Positions 37,366 to 51,149 of a DNA stretch of 64,000 nucleotides are shown here, one piece after another (the stretch's first letter is position 1; every line of letters begins with the position of its first letter). The stretch is from Vicugna vicugna (lineage: Eukaryota), in the NCBI GenBank assembly GCA_013265495.1, contig MU061579.1:5950963-6014962 (forward strand), given 5' to 3'. The position numbers were made by a program, and so were the translations under genes. The notes below the pieces were generated by a model. The model made no database searches. It was not told the origin of the DNA and worked only from the letters and a program-made list of their open reading frames with translations.

Positions 37366-40300
37366 CTCTCAGTGATACCTAATATAATATATATGTTTAT
37401 GTGTATGCATTTGTGGGCATATATATTATGCATATACAGATGTACATATATATACATACCTGGGAGAACATCTTGAAAGACAATGCTTAACTGCCTTCTT
37501 TTGAGCTTGTGGAAAATATTTAACAAAAACATAAAATAAATTGCATATGGTTATTCACCCACTGAGAAAATGAAAGACATATGAGCCCAGTAAATATCTA
37601 TCTGTTTGCAATATAATCTGCCTCCACATAAAATTAGAAGACAAAATTGAGTGTATTAGTAACTGCATTTGCATGGTCAATTATACTTGCTTTACTAAAG
37701 TGAATATTGCTGAACTTGTTAAGAGAAAAAAAAAACAACCTAAGCTATAATGATAAAGCTGTTCATAACTCCTTCCAGCTGGGTAAAATATTCACTGTTA
37801 GACAGGGTCCTCAGGTGCCCTTTCTTTGGGAAATAAAGAACAAAACTGATAAAAAGATTGTCCATCCTCAGCAGTGCCCAAATGTTGATGATCATGTTGT
37901 TTCTAACTAAATTTTTTTTTCCTGTTTTTCATATCCTGCTTTGAATCATTCCATTGGAATCCAGCTGAGCTCAGTCAGGCTTGCAAGGTTGAATGTGTCT
38001 GCCAGGCAGGCTTAACTATTTCTTAGATGCTTAGAGGATACTGGAAAGGTTACTGTATTAAAGTTGTTGATGTATATGAATTAAGACTGTCCTTTCTCAG
38101 GTGTAAGCCAGCATGTGGTGTTTCTGAAGATGAGACGATCTGGCAGTAATTACAAATGCTGAAGCTGTCATTCTTCTAAGCTAGCTGTCAAGCACACTGC
38201 CAGAATGAGTCACCTAGTGAATTTTACTGAGTACCTTAAATAGTGATGTATTTTCAAGTTAAGGAAAACATACAAGACAAAAACAGACCCATGTTTTAAC
38301 TGCTAAAATCTAAGATTTTTTTTACTAACAATTAAATCACTGAAATAGGAGTTAAATCAAATCTACTATCTTTGACTACCTGCTAAAATCTAATTCTGCC
38401 TCTTACCAAAGAGGCCATGACTGTGTTTATCAAATGGTGGTATCCTTACTCCTAAGAGTAACAATGCTGGGCCATGGGGCAGTCAAACATTTAGAGGAAT
38501 GTGTCATTTTTCTCAATTTGCAATGTAAAGAAATCCAAAACAATATTTAAAAGATAAAATCAATAAATTACAGTGAAATGCAAAATGTGTATACATTTTT
38601 ATACTTTTTTTTTATACATGATAACTCTCCTACTGTAGAGTTTGTTGATCCCAAACAACAAAATCCAATTGCAGATAATTTCAGGAGAAAAAAAAAGAAA
38701 CTTACAGAATAAGACAAGTAACTCACAGAACTGAGGGAGGAGAGGAAATAAGGGGGAAAGGGGGCCTAAGAAGACAACTGGGAACCAGAACTCGAAATAG
38801 TAGAAACCAATGGTCTCTCTAGTATCCTTTTATCTCAATGACAAAGCTGAGTTTATTTAGTGTAGAAAAGAAGAGATACCATGGACAGGTTGGCTGTCTT
38901 CAATAAAGACATTAGGTCAGTGAGCAATAAGACTCTTTCTAGATTCAAAAGGAAGAACAGAACTTAGAGTGGAATTTTTATCTAATGAAATGACCAAAAG
39001 ACAGATTTCAGCTAAGTAACAATTAGAACCACTCTGAAGAGAGGTCAAGACACCGTTCATAGAGGTGACTCCAAAGAGCAACTGGTTGACCACTATGTGG
39101 CCAGGATTTGACAAAGGCAATTTCCAACTTGTTTGAATGTTTATCAGGTGATTTCCAAGATCCTTCCCAGTTTAAGATTATATGATTTCCTCTTGATGCT
39201 GATATAATCTTCTGTATCAAAAATATTTTGCCCAGGAAATTATGTCCAAAGCCCAGTGTAGCCTCTTCAGAAACAGTTGTAGAGAGTGTCTCTTATTTCA
39301 AAAGATACTATGCTAGCATTCAAAAAATTACTAGTAACTTTCAAAATGCCCAAGTTAATCTATAATTTGTCCATTTAAAACCAGAAGTAGGGTATATTTT
39401 ATTAGCTTGTCTTTTTCATCTAACTCTTTTGCTTGTTAATATTAATCTCCAACTTGCAGAAGATCTGGGTACAGAGGCTTGAAACTATGGACTCAGATTG
39501 TTACAACTATATATTGACTATACATCGTCACAATAAATCTCTGATAATGTGAATATTTCCTAATCAAATGATTTTTGCCTATAACCTGATGGATTCTCAA
39601 AAGTAGTTTTAATATAGGTCCACCCGCTTTCTGAAAAAGCATTTATAATTTCACCTTTTTGCAGGTGGTATGCAAAATACACTTCCAGTGAGAAAATACA
39701 AAATCATCAAAAAGCTCCTGAACTTATCTCTGGCAAAATAAATATCAGCATTTCTTGTTTGTAGCTCAGTGGTTTACATTATTTACAAACAAAATCTCAA
39801 CGGTTTGTGCCTTACACACACACACACATACACACCACACCACAATCTAATATACTGAGTGATTAAATTTGAGTTTTTACTGAAGATCAAATAGAAATCA
39901 AGATTTAAATCATAGCATAAAATTAATGAGATCCTGAAGTTTCCAGTTTCTTGGTAGAAAGAAAACAAACAATTAAAAAGTAAAGGCAATGTTGACCTTA
40001 ATGTTTTTTATTTTAAAAGAAAAATGTAGCCAGGTTGGTAGAAATAATAAAGGGGGGAAAGGGTGTAAAATCCGTTAGACATTTTCTCACAAGAGGTGGC
40101 AAGATTTCTTTGAAAAAATTAAACTCCAGCAGAGTATAGGATATTTTCTTTATTTTTAGTTCAAAATCTGTTACGAAGAAAAAGTTCCAGGGAAGAGAAG
40201 TATAAATGGCAGCACCAGGCCTCCAAAACTCCCCAGACGCCTCACACCTCCCGGGGATGCAGTTGTCTCTCCCGCCCACAGAGCTCAATCACTCCTGCAG

Positions 40301-40984
40301 CCTCCGTTTTCAGCCATCTGAGGACAACTCATCAATATCACTGATAGCAAACCCAATCTGTGTTCTGGTGGGAAAGTTAACAGCGAATGTATCCAAAATA
40401 CCATCTATCTCAGAAGACACACTGATGTCCCAGAATTAAGAAATACGGTTTCTTCTCATATTACAACCATTGTGAATAATTGTTGACTCCTCTGCAATTT
40501 GAATGATGAATTAACAGAAACTATGAGAAGGCATCTAGAGGTTGTGCAAGAGCATGAAGCACCATAACGTGTTCCTCAAATCAACCCCATGTGTTATTAA
40601 GCAAATCTTTTTATCTCTGTATGCTCTCTCTCTATAGATAATAATAGTATATAATATTCATTATGTAATAGCATATAATATATAACACAATATATAATAG
40701 TAATATAAGGTATATTAATCAAATTGAATATTAGGATTATATTGATCCCTTAATCTGATATTGTTATTATCTCAGAGCTTTGAGAAAATGAAATTAAAAG
40801 AGTACAGAAAAGTATTTTGGAAGAGAAGCAAAACAATCTTGTGTCATTTTATCTTAAATCACTGTTTCACTATGAAAAATAGTGATGAATTGGAACATAA
40901 AATACTATGTTCATTTTGTGCTATTACTCATATAGATATTAATAAAGTAATGCAGTGAGTCCAGCACGGTGAACGACATAGAGA

Positions 40985-41190
40985 AGAGGTTAAGAACATG
41001 GACTCTGGAGCCAGGTTAACTAGATTTTAAATCCTGGATTTAATAAGCATTGAGTTGTTTATTTCTAAGTAAGCTTTGGCAAATTACTTACTTCCAGTGT
41101 CCAATTTGTGAAAATGGAATGATAATAGTAGTGATATTGCTAGGGTTATTATAAAATTGCAATAAGTAAATATCATGCACAACAAGTATG
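40985..41190 (+). mobile_element. MIR SINE
   Basis: 'ggttaagaacatggactctggagccag...ctttggcaaattactta...tgtgaaaatggaatgataatagta'. Confidence 0.75.
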
Positions 41191-42609
41191 TTATAATGGA
41201 AAAAAAAAGTTTGCTTTTAATTTGTATGTCCGCACATATCCTCAGACACAAACATGCTCTTTCCCAAACATATATGCACACATATCAAATGAAAGTGCTC
41301 TGGGGGTTATTTGGAAACGAAGAGTTATCGTGAAGAGCATTGCTTCTGGAAGCAGAGGCTTGGGGTTCATTTACCAGAACCAGCAGCAACCACTGTAGTG
41401 CAGTTTGTGGCTTTTCGACACGCTCCTTTCCCAATATTTTTGCAGCCAGTTTCTCTATGTTCCAGAACTAAAGCATTGACAAGCTTCGAAGATTACAAAT
41501 AAATCTCTTCAATTTACTCTGGATCCTGTATTGTACTCTTAATCAGAGCCCCCCTTTTTAATGTGTCTGTGTCTATCTTAAATACTAGAGACGTAAAGTA
41601 ATGCTTTAGGAATTTATTTAACACAGTTGTAGAAGTTTCATTTTAAAAATCCATATAGGAAATAATGAGGGGAGACCACTGAAATTAAGCCATTTTAATC
41701 TGTAGATCACATTAAATTGGGTTTGAATTCCCAGAATGTATCAGGGCTGCAGTCGTTAGAAGTCTCTGTGCTGAAATACAAAAATAGAACATGTGGAGGT
41801 TTTTTCCCCCCTCCCACTTTTTAAGTCTAGATTAAAGTTGTTAATGTAAGGGAAAAAAACACCAGTGATTACTGTTAAATGTCAATATTTCCCAATATTC
41901 TTCCCATTTTCATTCTTCTTCTATTACGTGCTTTTTCAAGTGTGTGTTCACACACGAGCACACAAAGCTATTGGTGTCAGGGCACATATTATATTGAGAA
42001 AATACCAGATCTGTTGAATTTAAAGATATAGCCCAGGGGAAATTTAGATTTTTCTTCAGGAAGACACTTCTCTTTCTGGCTTTCATTTTCTCAAAGATAT
42101 TTAATATATTGAAGAGATATTTAAACATTTAATATATTGAGACCATAATGAAGAGTGTTTCCCATGAGAAAAGGGAGAGGAAAGTCAAGAAAAAAGAATG
42201 GCTAGAAAAGCAATGTGGCTGAGATGCAAAGAGATGAGGAAGAGATGGAAGTTGGTGTGTTTTATGATCAACGATGGTCTGTGCCCTACGCCCTGTATCC
42301 TGCCTCCAACAAGTCATAGGAGGGACAGCAATGTATCTGAAAGAAATGGCTGGATCGAGGGTACGCAGACTACCAGCCTTCCCAAGACTTCTGTGCCCCA
42401 AGGTGAACAGAAGCAGCAGAATGGCATCCTTCCAATGCTCCCTGCAGGACAGGAGAGTGGGCTCCTCACAGGGAGCCCTGTAGGCGTAAGCCATGCATGA
42501 GAGATCTTCTCCATGCTTTGGCTCTCAGTCATGGGATGATTTTATCTCACACTAAGGGACAGAAGCCATAATAAAGATTTCCTTTCTGTGTCTCTCAAAG
42601 GGTCTAAAA

Positions 42610-43670
42610 GCAAACACACCCCAGTAGCCGTGAGCACACCTGGTGCCCAGACCTTGATTTTAATAGCATCCTCCAATAAAAGGAATCAGGGCTCCTTGGA
42701 GAAATGGCTGATTCCAGCACTGGGGTAGAAAATGTAGAAGATGAACCTGGAGAATCTGTAGTGCCAGAAAGAAAGCCGTCAGAAATAAATAAACAAAAAC
42801 CACAATGCTGGGGGGGTTTCAAAAGGACGCAGGAGATAATGGAAGGAGTTCCGAACAGCCAGAGCTGGAATAACACCAACGACAAAATAAATAAGGTCGA
42901 ACTGGATTATAACCCAAAGGATAAAGCAAATATCCCACTTGTCACAGTTATTAGAATAAATACTTGTATAAATATATAGGAGTGAAATCGACAAATATTA
43001 CATACAGAAAAATTCCAAATAATTTGTGTAGATACTTCTCCCTCCAGGAGACAGAGCACACTTCAGCTTCTTTCCTGCGAGTTGTGTACAGTGACTTCCT
43101 TCCAAAGAGTAAAGTACGAAAAGGGACAACAAGAAAGGGCAAATTTACAGTGGAGAAAGCGGACGCTACTTCAAGCCAGGTGATCAAGGTTAACATCAGC
43201 AGTGATAAATTATATTGGTAGCATGTGCTTCTGATACCAAGCGATAAGAAAGCCAGTTTGGTATTCCCCCCCAAAACACAGCGCCCCAGTCTACTCATGA
43301 AAAACATGACACCAATTCCAGCTGAGGGTCATTCTACAAAATGCCTCACCAGTACTACTCAAAACCGTCAAAGTCATCAAAAACAAGGCAAGTCTGAGAA
43401 CCTGTCACAGTAAGGGGGAGCTTAAGGGGCCCTGAGGAACAAGTGTAATGTATCCTGAATGGGTTCCTGGAACAGAAAGGTAGAAACCAAGGAAATCTGA
43501 ATAGAGTATGGACTTGAGTTCATAATGATGTATTAGATTGGTTCATTGTAACAAATATTCCATGGTGATACAAGATGCTAATAATATTAAATGTGGGGTG
43601 TGAAGTCCTCACTCTACTCTCTTCACGATAGTTCTACAAATGTAAAAATGTTCTGAAAATAAAGTTAATT
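42610..43670 (+). mobile_element. L1MC3/L1MD-type 3' region
   Basis: 'cccagtagccgtgagcacacctggtgcccag', 'aatcagggctccttggagaaatggctgattcc', 'aaaaccgtcaaagtcatcaaaaacaagg', terminal 'aaaataaag'. Confidence 0.85.
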
Positions 43671-43677
43671 TAAAATT

Positions 43678-43755
43678 TGTATATAGACATATAAGCACAA
43701 TGTGTACATATATGTATGTATATGAAGTATGTATATGTATGTGTGTATGTATATG
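43678..43755. repeat. Degenerate (TA/TG)n simple repeat
   Basis: 'atatgtatgtatatgaagtatgtatatgtatgtgtgtatgtatatg'. Confidence 0.8.
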
Positions 43756-43769
43756 AAGACCCCATGTAT

Positions 43770-44075
43770 CTTTCCAGGCTCATATCTTGCCAATTTCTCT
43801 CTGCACACAACAACTTTCAAAAACACCAAACAAACTTCTAACAGTTCCTCCAACACCAAGCACTTCCTTTTTCTTCTGTGCTGACTCTGTGATACCTTTC
43901 CTCTACATTCTTCCCTTATGACTAGTTCACGCTTATCCTTGGAAATATTACACATTTCCAAGAAGTCTGCTCTAAATCTAAACCAAATTAGGAGCCCCTC
44001 CTAAATATTCTGGCACCCTACACTTCTGTCAAACAATTAATCTCTTTAACTTTTATGTCCCCAGTAGAGTAAGAG
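43770..44075 (+). mobile_element. L2 remnant
   Basis: 'acagttcctccaacaccaagcac...acatttccaagaagtctgctc...ccccagtagagtaagagttc'. Confidence 0.55.
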
Positions 44076-45747
44076 TTCTACATAAGGGGGTGGGACCCCA
44101 GCTTTTTGCTAGAAACACACCACATCCATCTCGCCAACCATGTCTCTTGCCACATCCCATGTCATCATTTAACCTTTTAGTTAGTAATTAGGAAGAACTA
44201 AAAGATGGGCACACATACACGGGCCTTTCCACCTTAACTTATTTATTCTTCAGTTCTCAGGCTAGGGATCCATATACTCCAAGATTTCCTTGAATTTATG
44301 GGAATTTTAAGCGATTCCTCAGCAATTCTCTTGAACAAGAAATAATATTTTTGTTTCTCTCTCCCACCAGTCTGGAAGTGCCATTCATTTTTGTACCCTT
44401 CTAATTAAAAATAAGTTCTGATAGATAATAGACTGTCAAGAGATGACAAACTGGCCTGAATGGAACTGACCAGCAGTTTTGTTTCTGGCAGAAGCACACT
44501 TAGATTAGAGGATCTTTTTTTCCCAAAGGGAAGGAATCCATTTGGAGACAGGGAGTCAAATTAATTCAAAGAAGTGGCAGCAAATGCCCCTGACAATCTG
44601 ACTTTATTATTAAAAGGGCTTACCATCTATAACTAAGTGCTCTTACTCTTGGTTTTTAAAAGTCAAGTATTAATATTCTAAAACTAAAATGAGAAAGAGA
44701 GTTTCAATAAAGAATCATTTCAAGGTAACTCACAGAAACAATTCTTCTATTCTCCTCTCTCTTTCAAAATCTTAACATTTCTAAAGCATAAATTATAATT
44801 ATGTATGAAAATAATATAAATGCCAATTCCTAACATAGTCTATTTTGACTTAGAAATGTATAGATATTATACTTTTAAAAATTACTATTTTACCTTTGAC
44901 TCCAAATATTGTAGAATGTCCTGATCTATTTGTCCTTAGCATATTTCTTTCCCATACTTCTTATTTGTTCCCAGAGAAGATATAAAAAAAAAAGGTGCCC
45001 TGTTTCAACATGCTAAATAAAACTTTGAGACCCTACAAACTTCAGGCTTATGTAATGTTAATGCACTTCTATTTTATTTTCCAATATACTTTGGATTAAA
45101 TATTAATTTTGAGGAAAAGTTACCAATGTAACATAAAATATAGCTTTTTAAAAATAAAAGCATCAACAATGACTAAAGAAAGCTGGAGATTGTGCCAAAA
45201 AGAGATTTTAATAACAGTGTCATGGTCACAGAAGCCTACTGTTTAAAAATTAATTTTTAGTTTGAAAGCATTACTGGCAGCACCAAGAGTGCACAAAACA
45301 TATTCTCTCATTACCAGATCTGCTCCTTGGAGCAGAAATGCCAAATGCTCCAAGGTAAGGACAAAGAATACTTTGAACCCTACAAGAAATGTGACAATAA
45401 GAAAGTGTACACAATTGTTTCCAAATCCTATTTTCTTAAGCAAAAATGTTTATGAAAATTTTAAAAAATGAACTGAACACTTGCTCATCCTATAAATAAG
45501 CAAAAGATGTCTTGAGGTCCATTTTTTGGTACCTTCATTTGAATAATTATATTTTTCTAGGGAGGGAGAAAGAAACAACCTTCAGAAAATTGTCTCTCAA
45601 ACCATTCGTGCCTTCATTCAACATTAACTAAGAACACGATGTGAACCAGGGATCAGGTGAGGTGGTGCGTCCAGCGCAGTCATTAGCCTCTAAAAGCCCT
45701 CAGTGTAATGGGGGACCAGTCAAGAAGACAACCAGAACTCAGCTATA

Positions 45748-46564
45748 CATTAACTTCCTCCCCTTATCCACGGTTTTGTCTTCCAAGCTTTCAGTTACCC
45801 AAGGTCAACTGTGGTCCAAAAATATTAGATGGAAAATTCCAGAAATAAGCAATTTACAAGTTTTAAACTTAAGGCTATTCTGAGTAGCATAATGAAATCT
45901 CACACCCTCTTAATCCTTCCTGCCTGGGACACGAGTCATTCTTTTGTCTAGCATATTTCACCCTTAGTCATTTAGTAGCCACCTCGTTATCAGCTCAGCT
46001 GTCACCCTCAACAGTGCTTGTATTCAAATCACCCTTCTTCTACTTAGTAAAGGCCCCAGAGAGCAGAGATACTTGCAATTCGGATATGCCAAAGACAAGC
46101 CAGAAAGTGCTTCCTTTAAGCAAAAAGGTAAAAGTTTTCAACCTAATAAGGAAAGAAAAAAAATTGTGTACTGGGGTTGCTAAGATCTACAGTAAGAACA
46201 AATCTTTCATCCATGAAATTGTGACGAAGGAAAAAGAAATCTGCGTTAGTCTTGCTGTTGCGCCTTAAACAGCAAAAGTTACGGCCACAATGCATGATAA
46301 GTGCTTGGTCAAGATGGAAAAGGCATTAAATTTATACAATAAGACATGTTGGGAGAGAGAGAGAGAGACCACATTCATATAACTTTTGTTATAGGATATT
46401 GTTATAATTGTTATATATAATATATAAATGTATAAATTTATATATATATATGTATATGTGTGTGTGTGTGTGTGTATATATATATAGGATTTGATACTAT
46501 CTGTGATTTCAGGCATCCACTGCGGGTCTTGCAAGTATCCTGTGCAAATAAGGAGGAACTACTG
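45748..46564 (+). mobile_element. MER44/Tigger7 (TcMar-Tigger) DNA transposon with a transposase N-terminal remnant and an internal (TA)n(TG)n tract
   Basis: TIR-like ends 'cttcctccccttatcc' and 'aaataaggaggaactactg'; ORF 46014..46268 'MPKTSQKVLPLSKKVKVFNLIRKEKK...VAKIYSKNKSFIHEIV' resembles a pogo/Tigger HTH-psq domain. Confidence 0.88.
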
Positions 46565-46959
46565 TCCAGACAAGGCAAGCTGCAAAGCCAGTTCAGATGG
46601 TCCTCTACAGAGGTAGTGGTTTACCCCAGAGCTGTGACGAATAGTATCTATGTAGGAATACAAAGCATTTAGCATTTCCATTAAATGTGTATAGTTGTTC
46701 TTAAAAAGTATCTGAGGTATACTTTCCTAAAAATTGCGAAAAGCTTTGAAATGTAGTGGTTGTCCTAAACAGCTTCTTCATCCAGGTTATCATCTCCATT
46801 TGTCTCTGACTAGGCTCTTTTACTACTCTGCACAGATAGAAGTTAACTTATTGTGAACTGATCCTGATGCCAATAATTCTTATCCAGATAAAGGCAAATT
46901 ATTTCTACTGAAATGCAATTGATTATGGGCATATAGATTGTCAAGAGTTTTGCCAGCTC

Positions 46960-48175
46960 TGCAATACCCTTAAGGAAGATGTATCAGTTGTACTATCTTC
47001 CTAACTCCAAGGAAGGAATGAGTGGCATTAAGAATACCACCTAGATGCTTAATATGCATGCCTATTGGTAAACATAATTTATTTGTAAATGTATTTTCAG
47101 CATCCCTTATCTGACTATAAATGTGGGGCTCTTTGAGTTACCTTTTGAACCACTGGTTTCCCCACTAAATAATAAGTCAAATAAATTCTTTGACATGTGT
47201 TCACTTTATATCTGTAGGAGAGTCATGATTTTATCCCTTAAAAATTATCCTTTGATAAGTGAATAAAAGAATCTTAAATCAGTTAGAGTCTTTCTGTCTA
47301 CTGGTGTTATTTATACTTTTAAGAGTGATTTAGAATCTGCACAAGTTTCATAGGCTGTTATCAATGGTACTTCTCAGCATTTTCTCCTTCAGAAACCAAG
47401 AATGATGAGCTGAAGCCATGGATTCCAGGAGAAGTATGCCCCAACAAGACGAGAAATGTGAAAAACATCACATGGTAAATATTTAAGGAGACAGTCCATG
47501 ATTACTGGCAGCATTTATCCTGACCAATGTGATCAAGAAATGTGTACACTCTGAAGGATGTGAAGCATCCTTTTGTAACCACTCTGCAATGCTGTGTCAC
47601 GTGGCCATAAGTCATGGTGCCAAGTAAAGTATCTCCGTTTGTTTTCAGAGCAATGATACTTCTTCAAATAAATTAAAAGTCCAGCAGATTAAACTAAATT
47701 ATTCTGTATCTTAAAAATCAAAGCAGTCCTAAAATGGAAAGAAATATAGGCTTTACATGTTTCTTGAGTTAAATGAAATGTACTAATTTGCCAGCTTGTT
47801 CTGCAATATGGTTCAAAATAGATATAGATATGTGCTGATATAGAGATATATGCAACAGTAACTTAAAAATGGAAATTTCAGAAAACACATTAGCAAGTTA
47901 TTCCCAAAGTCGTCTAGAGGTAACAAAGTATATGGACAGGAACGGTAGAGGACTTTTAAACCCCGTGCCACATCAAGAGTACAATAATTAGTCAGGAGAT
48001 CAGACAGCAAAAGAAAGCAGTGCTGGGGAAGCTTCTTTGGAGAGAGACATGCTGGGAGATGCATATCCCCAAGAAGGATGCAACAGCTGTACTCTCTTCC
48101 TAACTCCAAGGAAGGAATGAGTGTTAAGGATACCACCTAGAATGCTTAATATGCATGCCTATCGGTAAACCTAAT
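46960..48175. repeat. Dispersed direct repeat of ~115 bp (46960-47078 and 48060-48175)
   Basis: Both copies share 'tcttcctaactccaaggaaggaatgagtg...ataccacctag(a)atgcttaatatgcatgcctat[t/c]ggtaaac'. Confidence 0.95.
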
Positions 48176-51149
48176 GCACTTTTGTCTGCCACCTACCTGG
48201 GAAAGTAGGCAAGACATGGGATTACTGGCTACTTTGATGGCAAAGCAAAAGACAAATTTCTCAATTTGTGACCATTCACACTCTCAAGATTTCTCCCAAA
48301 GTTTTGTGAAGAAAAGAATGCCATCACTCTTCCTGTAGATAAGATGTGGAAGATAAGAGAATCCACATGAACTCATCTTGGGTCCTGTCCAAAAGGGTTA
48401 CCAGGAAGGTGGAACAGGTCTCATAAGAATGAAACTAGAATACAGGTATTTTCAAATAAGGATACATGTGATCCTGATAAACCTGCAAAAATAACCTGAG
48501 TTTATGGAATAACATTAGGGACAGACCAGTCAAAACCTATGCAACTTATTAATCTTACTTTTAAAAATTCATACACACACACACACACACAGCTCCAAGA
48601 GCTGGGTAATTCTAACATGTCAAAAGACATATTAGATCGTGGACAAATAAATACTATAGTAAATGACGGATTTTATCTTAAAAATAAAGGTATCTCAATG
48701 GAAGGGCACATAGGGAAGTTTTGTTCCTGCTAAGTTATGGAGAAAAGGGTAAAGTAAACACAGAACAGAGAGAATAATGCAATAAGCACTTTGTAGGCAG
48801 AACATATGGTCAACCTCGGCCAAGAGGGAAAAAGCAAGGTGACTGGGCACCAGGTCCAGGAGTGCACAGTTCCGTAGCTTGCTGTGATTGAGTTTATTAG
48901 TATTCTTTGCATTCAACTGCAGGTACTGGTGGTCCAAAATATTAACATGCTACTAAACAAAACTGCATGTGACCCCCCTGAGACTTCCGTGTTATATTGA
49001 TATCGTTCTGCTGTTTACCAGTCATGTATAACCTAATACATGTTACAGAATCGTTCTTGTTAGCAGAACAGACCACATCCACAGAGAACTGTGGGAGGCA
49101 TGAGCAGCCAGCAGGAACAGAAAGTATTGGCCATTATCCCTGCAACTACAGAGGAGAGATGTTCGGCCACAGTGGTGGGGAGGGGGTTGGTGTTGAGAGG
49201 GGGTAGTTCAAAGAGCTCACAACAGCTCTCAAGAGAGAGTGTTGAACCTCCCAGGTCTAGAGAGCTCAGTATCAGCTCAAAAAAGGAGCAGTAATGTCCT
49301 CTGGCTCTCCCCATCTCATAAATTAAAGGAAGTCAAGGCTAAAAGGGGCCTCCGAGGGGAACTAGCCCCAGACCTTTATTTTATAGAAGAGGAAAGTCTA
49401 ACCCAGAGATACGCCAGGACTCGCCATGTCAACAGGAACAGAGTGGCAGAGCAAGGATTAGGGCTCACTCTCCCTACTCTGAAACAGGTAACCCAGTCAT
49501 CAACACTTCTGCTGATCCATTATCTCAATACACGTTGAGTGTCTAATGTTTAGAAGAAACTGTGCTAATACATTGTGGAATATATGAGGACAAATCATGT
49601 CTAGTAGAGAAATTGATACAACTTCACTGAATCTAATACCAGGTAAAAAATGCTAAGGATCTTAAGAGGAGTGACTATAGGGGTCTTAAGAAGAGGGAAA
49701 AATAGAGAATGATAAAGGCACAGAGGAAGAAACCCGTTGGAAAACTGAAAAACTATACAAACTGAAAATATAGTAGGCTCCATAAAGCATACATCTAAAT
49801 GAAAAAGAATAGACTAGATTCCTCCAGACATGCAGCATACTCTCTGTCCCTTAAAGTGCATGTATACTATGTATAGTAAACGTATATTATCCTTTTTTTG
49901 GCCAAACCTCAACTAGAGATCTGAGTCAATCTCCCAACCAGGGTTTCTAGGACACCAACCACACTAGACTATGTGGTGGGAGGTAACGTCCCTCTTTTGC
50001 AGTTAAAGTCTAACCTTTAAGCTCTCTACTTCATCTCCATAGAAATTAAACCAATTAGGCTGAAACACCACAAGGATGAATCTGGACCCCCTACAAACCA
50101 CAAAATGTGACACATCAGTGTCTATATTGTGAAACTTGGAAGTATGAATTTGGTGACAAGATTATCTATCAGAACTACAAAAAGCAATATAGAAAGATAA
50201 ATAGAAACACTCTTCCAGAATATATATGCAGCTGGAAATTAACCTTGAGTTGGCAAAAACTCAATTTCTCTACTAGACATGATTTATCTTCATATATTCA
50301 TATATTCCACAAAAACTACATACTTTTGCTTCTTCATGCTAAAGAATTCTTTGTAAAATGCTACTTCATAAAAACATATTTCATGGTTTTATTAACATAA
50401 GAATGGGTATTGAATGGAGAAGCAGTGAAGAAATCTTTTAATAATCCTCATATACTTAGGGTAAGTTCAAATAGTCCAGATTTAGACCAAGACTCTATGT
50501 TCCTGAAATTCTGTGATGGTTTTCTGAAATTCTATGATGAGTTCTCTTAAATACTTTAATTCTGAAGTAGACTTATTTTAAGTCTAGAAATAAATTCATA
50601 ACCTCTTTGTCTAATTAAAATTATTTATAGCATTTAAATAGCTACTATTTCCAAGTAATAATTTTTTATTTGATAGTGCACTCACTCAAATTTAAAGTAT
50701 TTGTTTCTAGGAATAGATATTCACTGTTGTAAAAGTTCTCCCACACTCCTCCTCCTCCCTTCAGCCTACATTTTTCACACTTATTTGGCTTATGTTCACA
50801 TTTGACTCTCTGGCATTTACAAAAACATCTCTCCCACTGGCTCTGAAAATGTAATATTTTAAATGTGCGATGTTTGTCCACAGTTGGCTAGTTTATCATT
50901 TCGTGCTTATATGATTTTCTTTTAGCTAATGATGCCCTGTCTTTCTATTTCCTTTGGCAAAATAAAAGAAAAACCAATTCAGGCACATCACTCAATAAAA
51001 CTCAGTGTGTACAGCAGCCTTTTTTGCAATTTGAATCAGTGATGATTAATAGCTGTCTAATTCTTTCCTTGGTTTTATGATTAATTGTTGAATCTTAACC
51101 ATTTAAATTTTTTAAAAAAGAAGCTATGTTCTTTGGGGCTATTACAAAA

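Noticed and set aside
40085..40102. CTCF-like 'cacaagaggtggca'
   Set aside because: Lacks the conserved 5' CC of the core motif
48539..48733. Peptide 'NDGFYLKNKGISMEG' loosely resembling a retroelement RT motif
   Set aside because: Very short, key residues missing and no flanking RT motifs; would need an HMM hit
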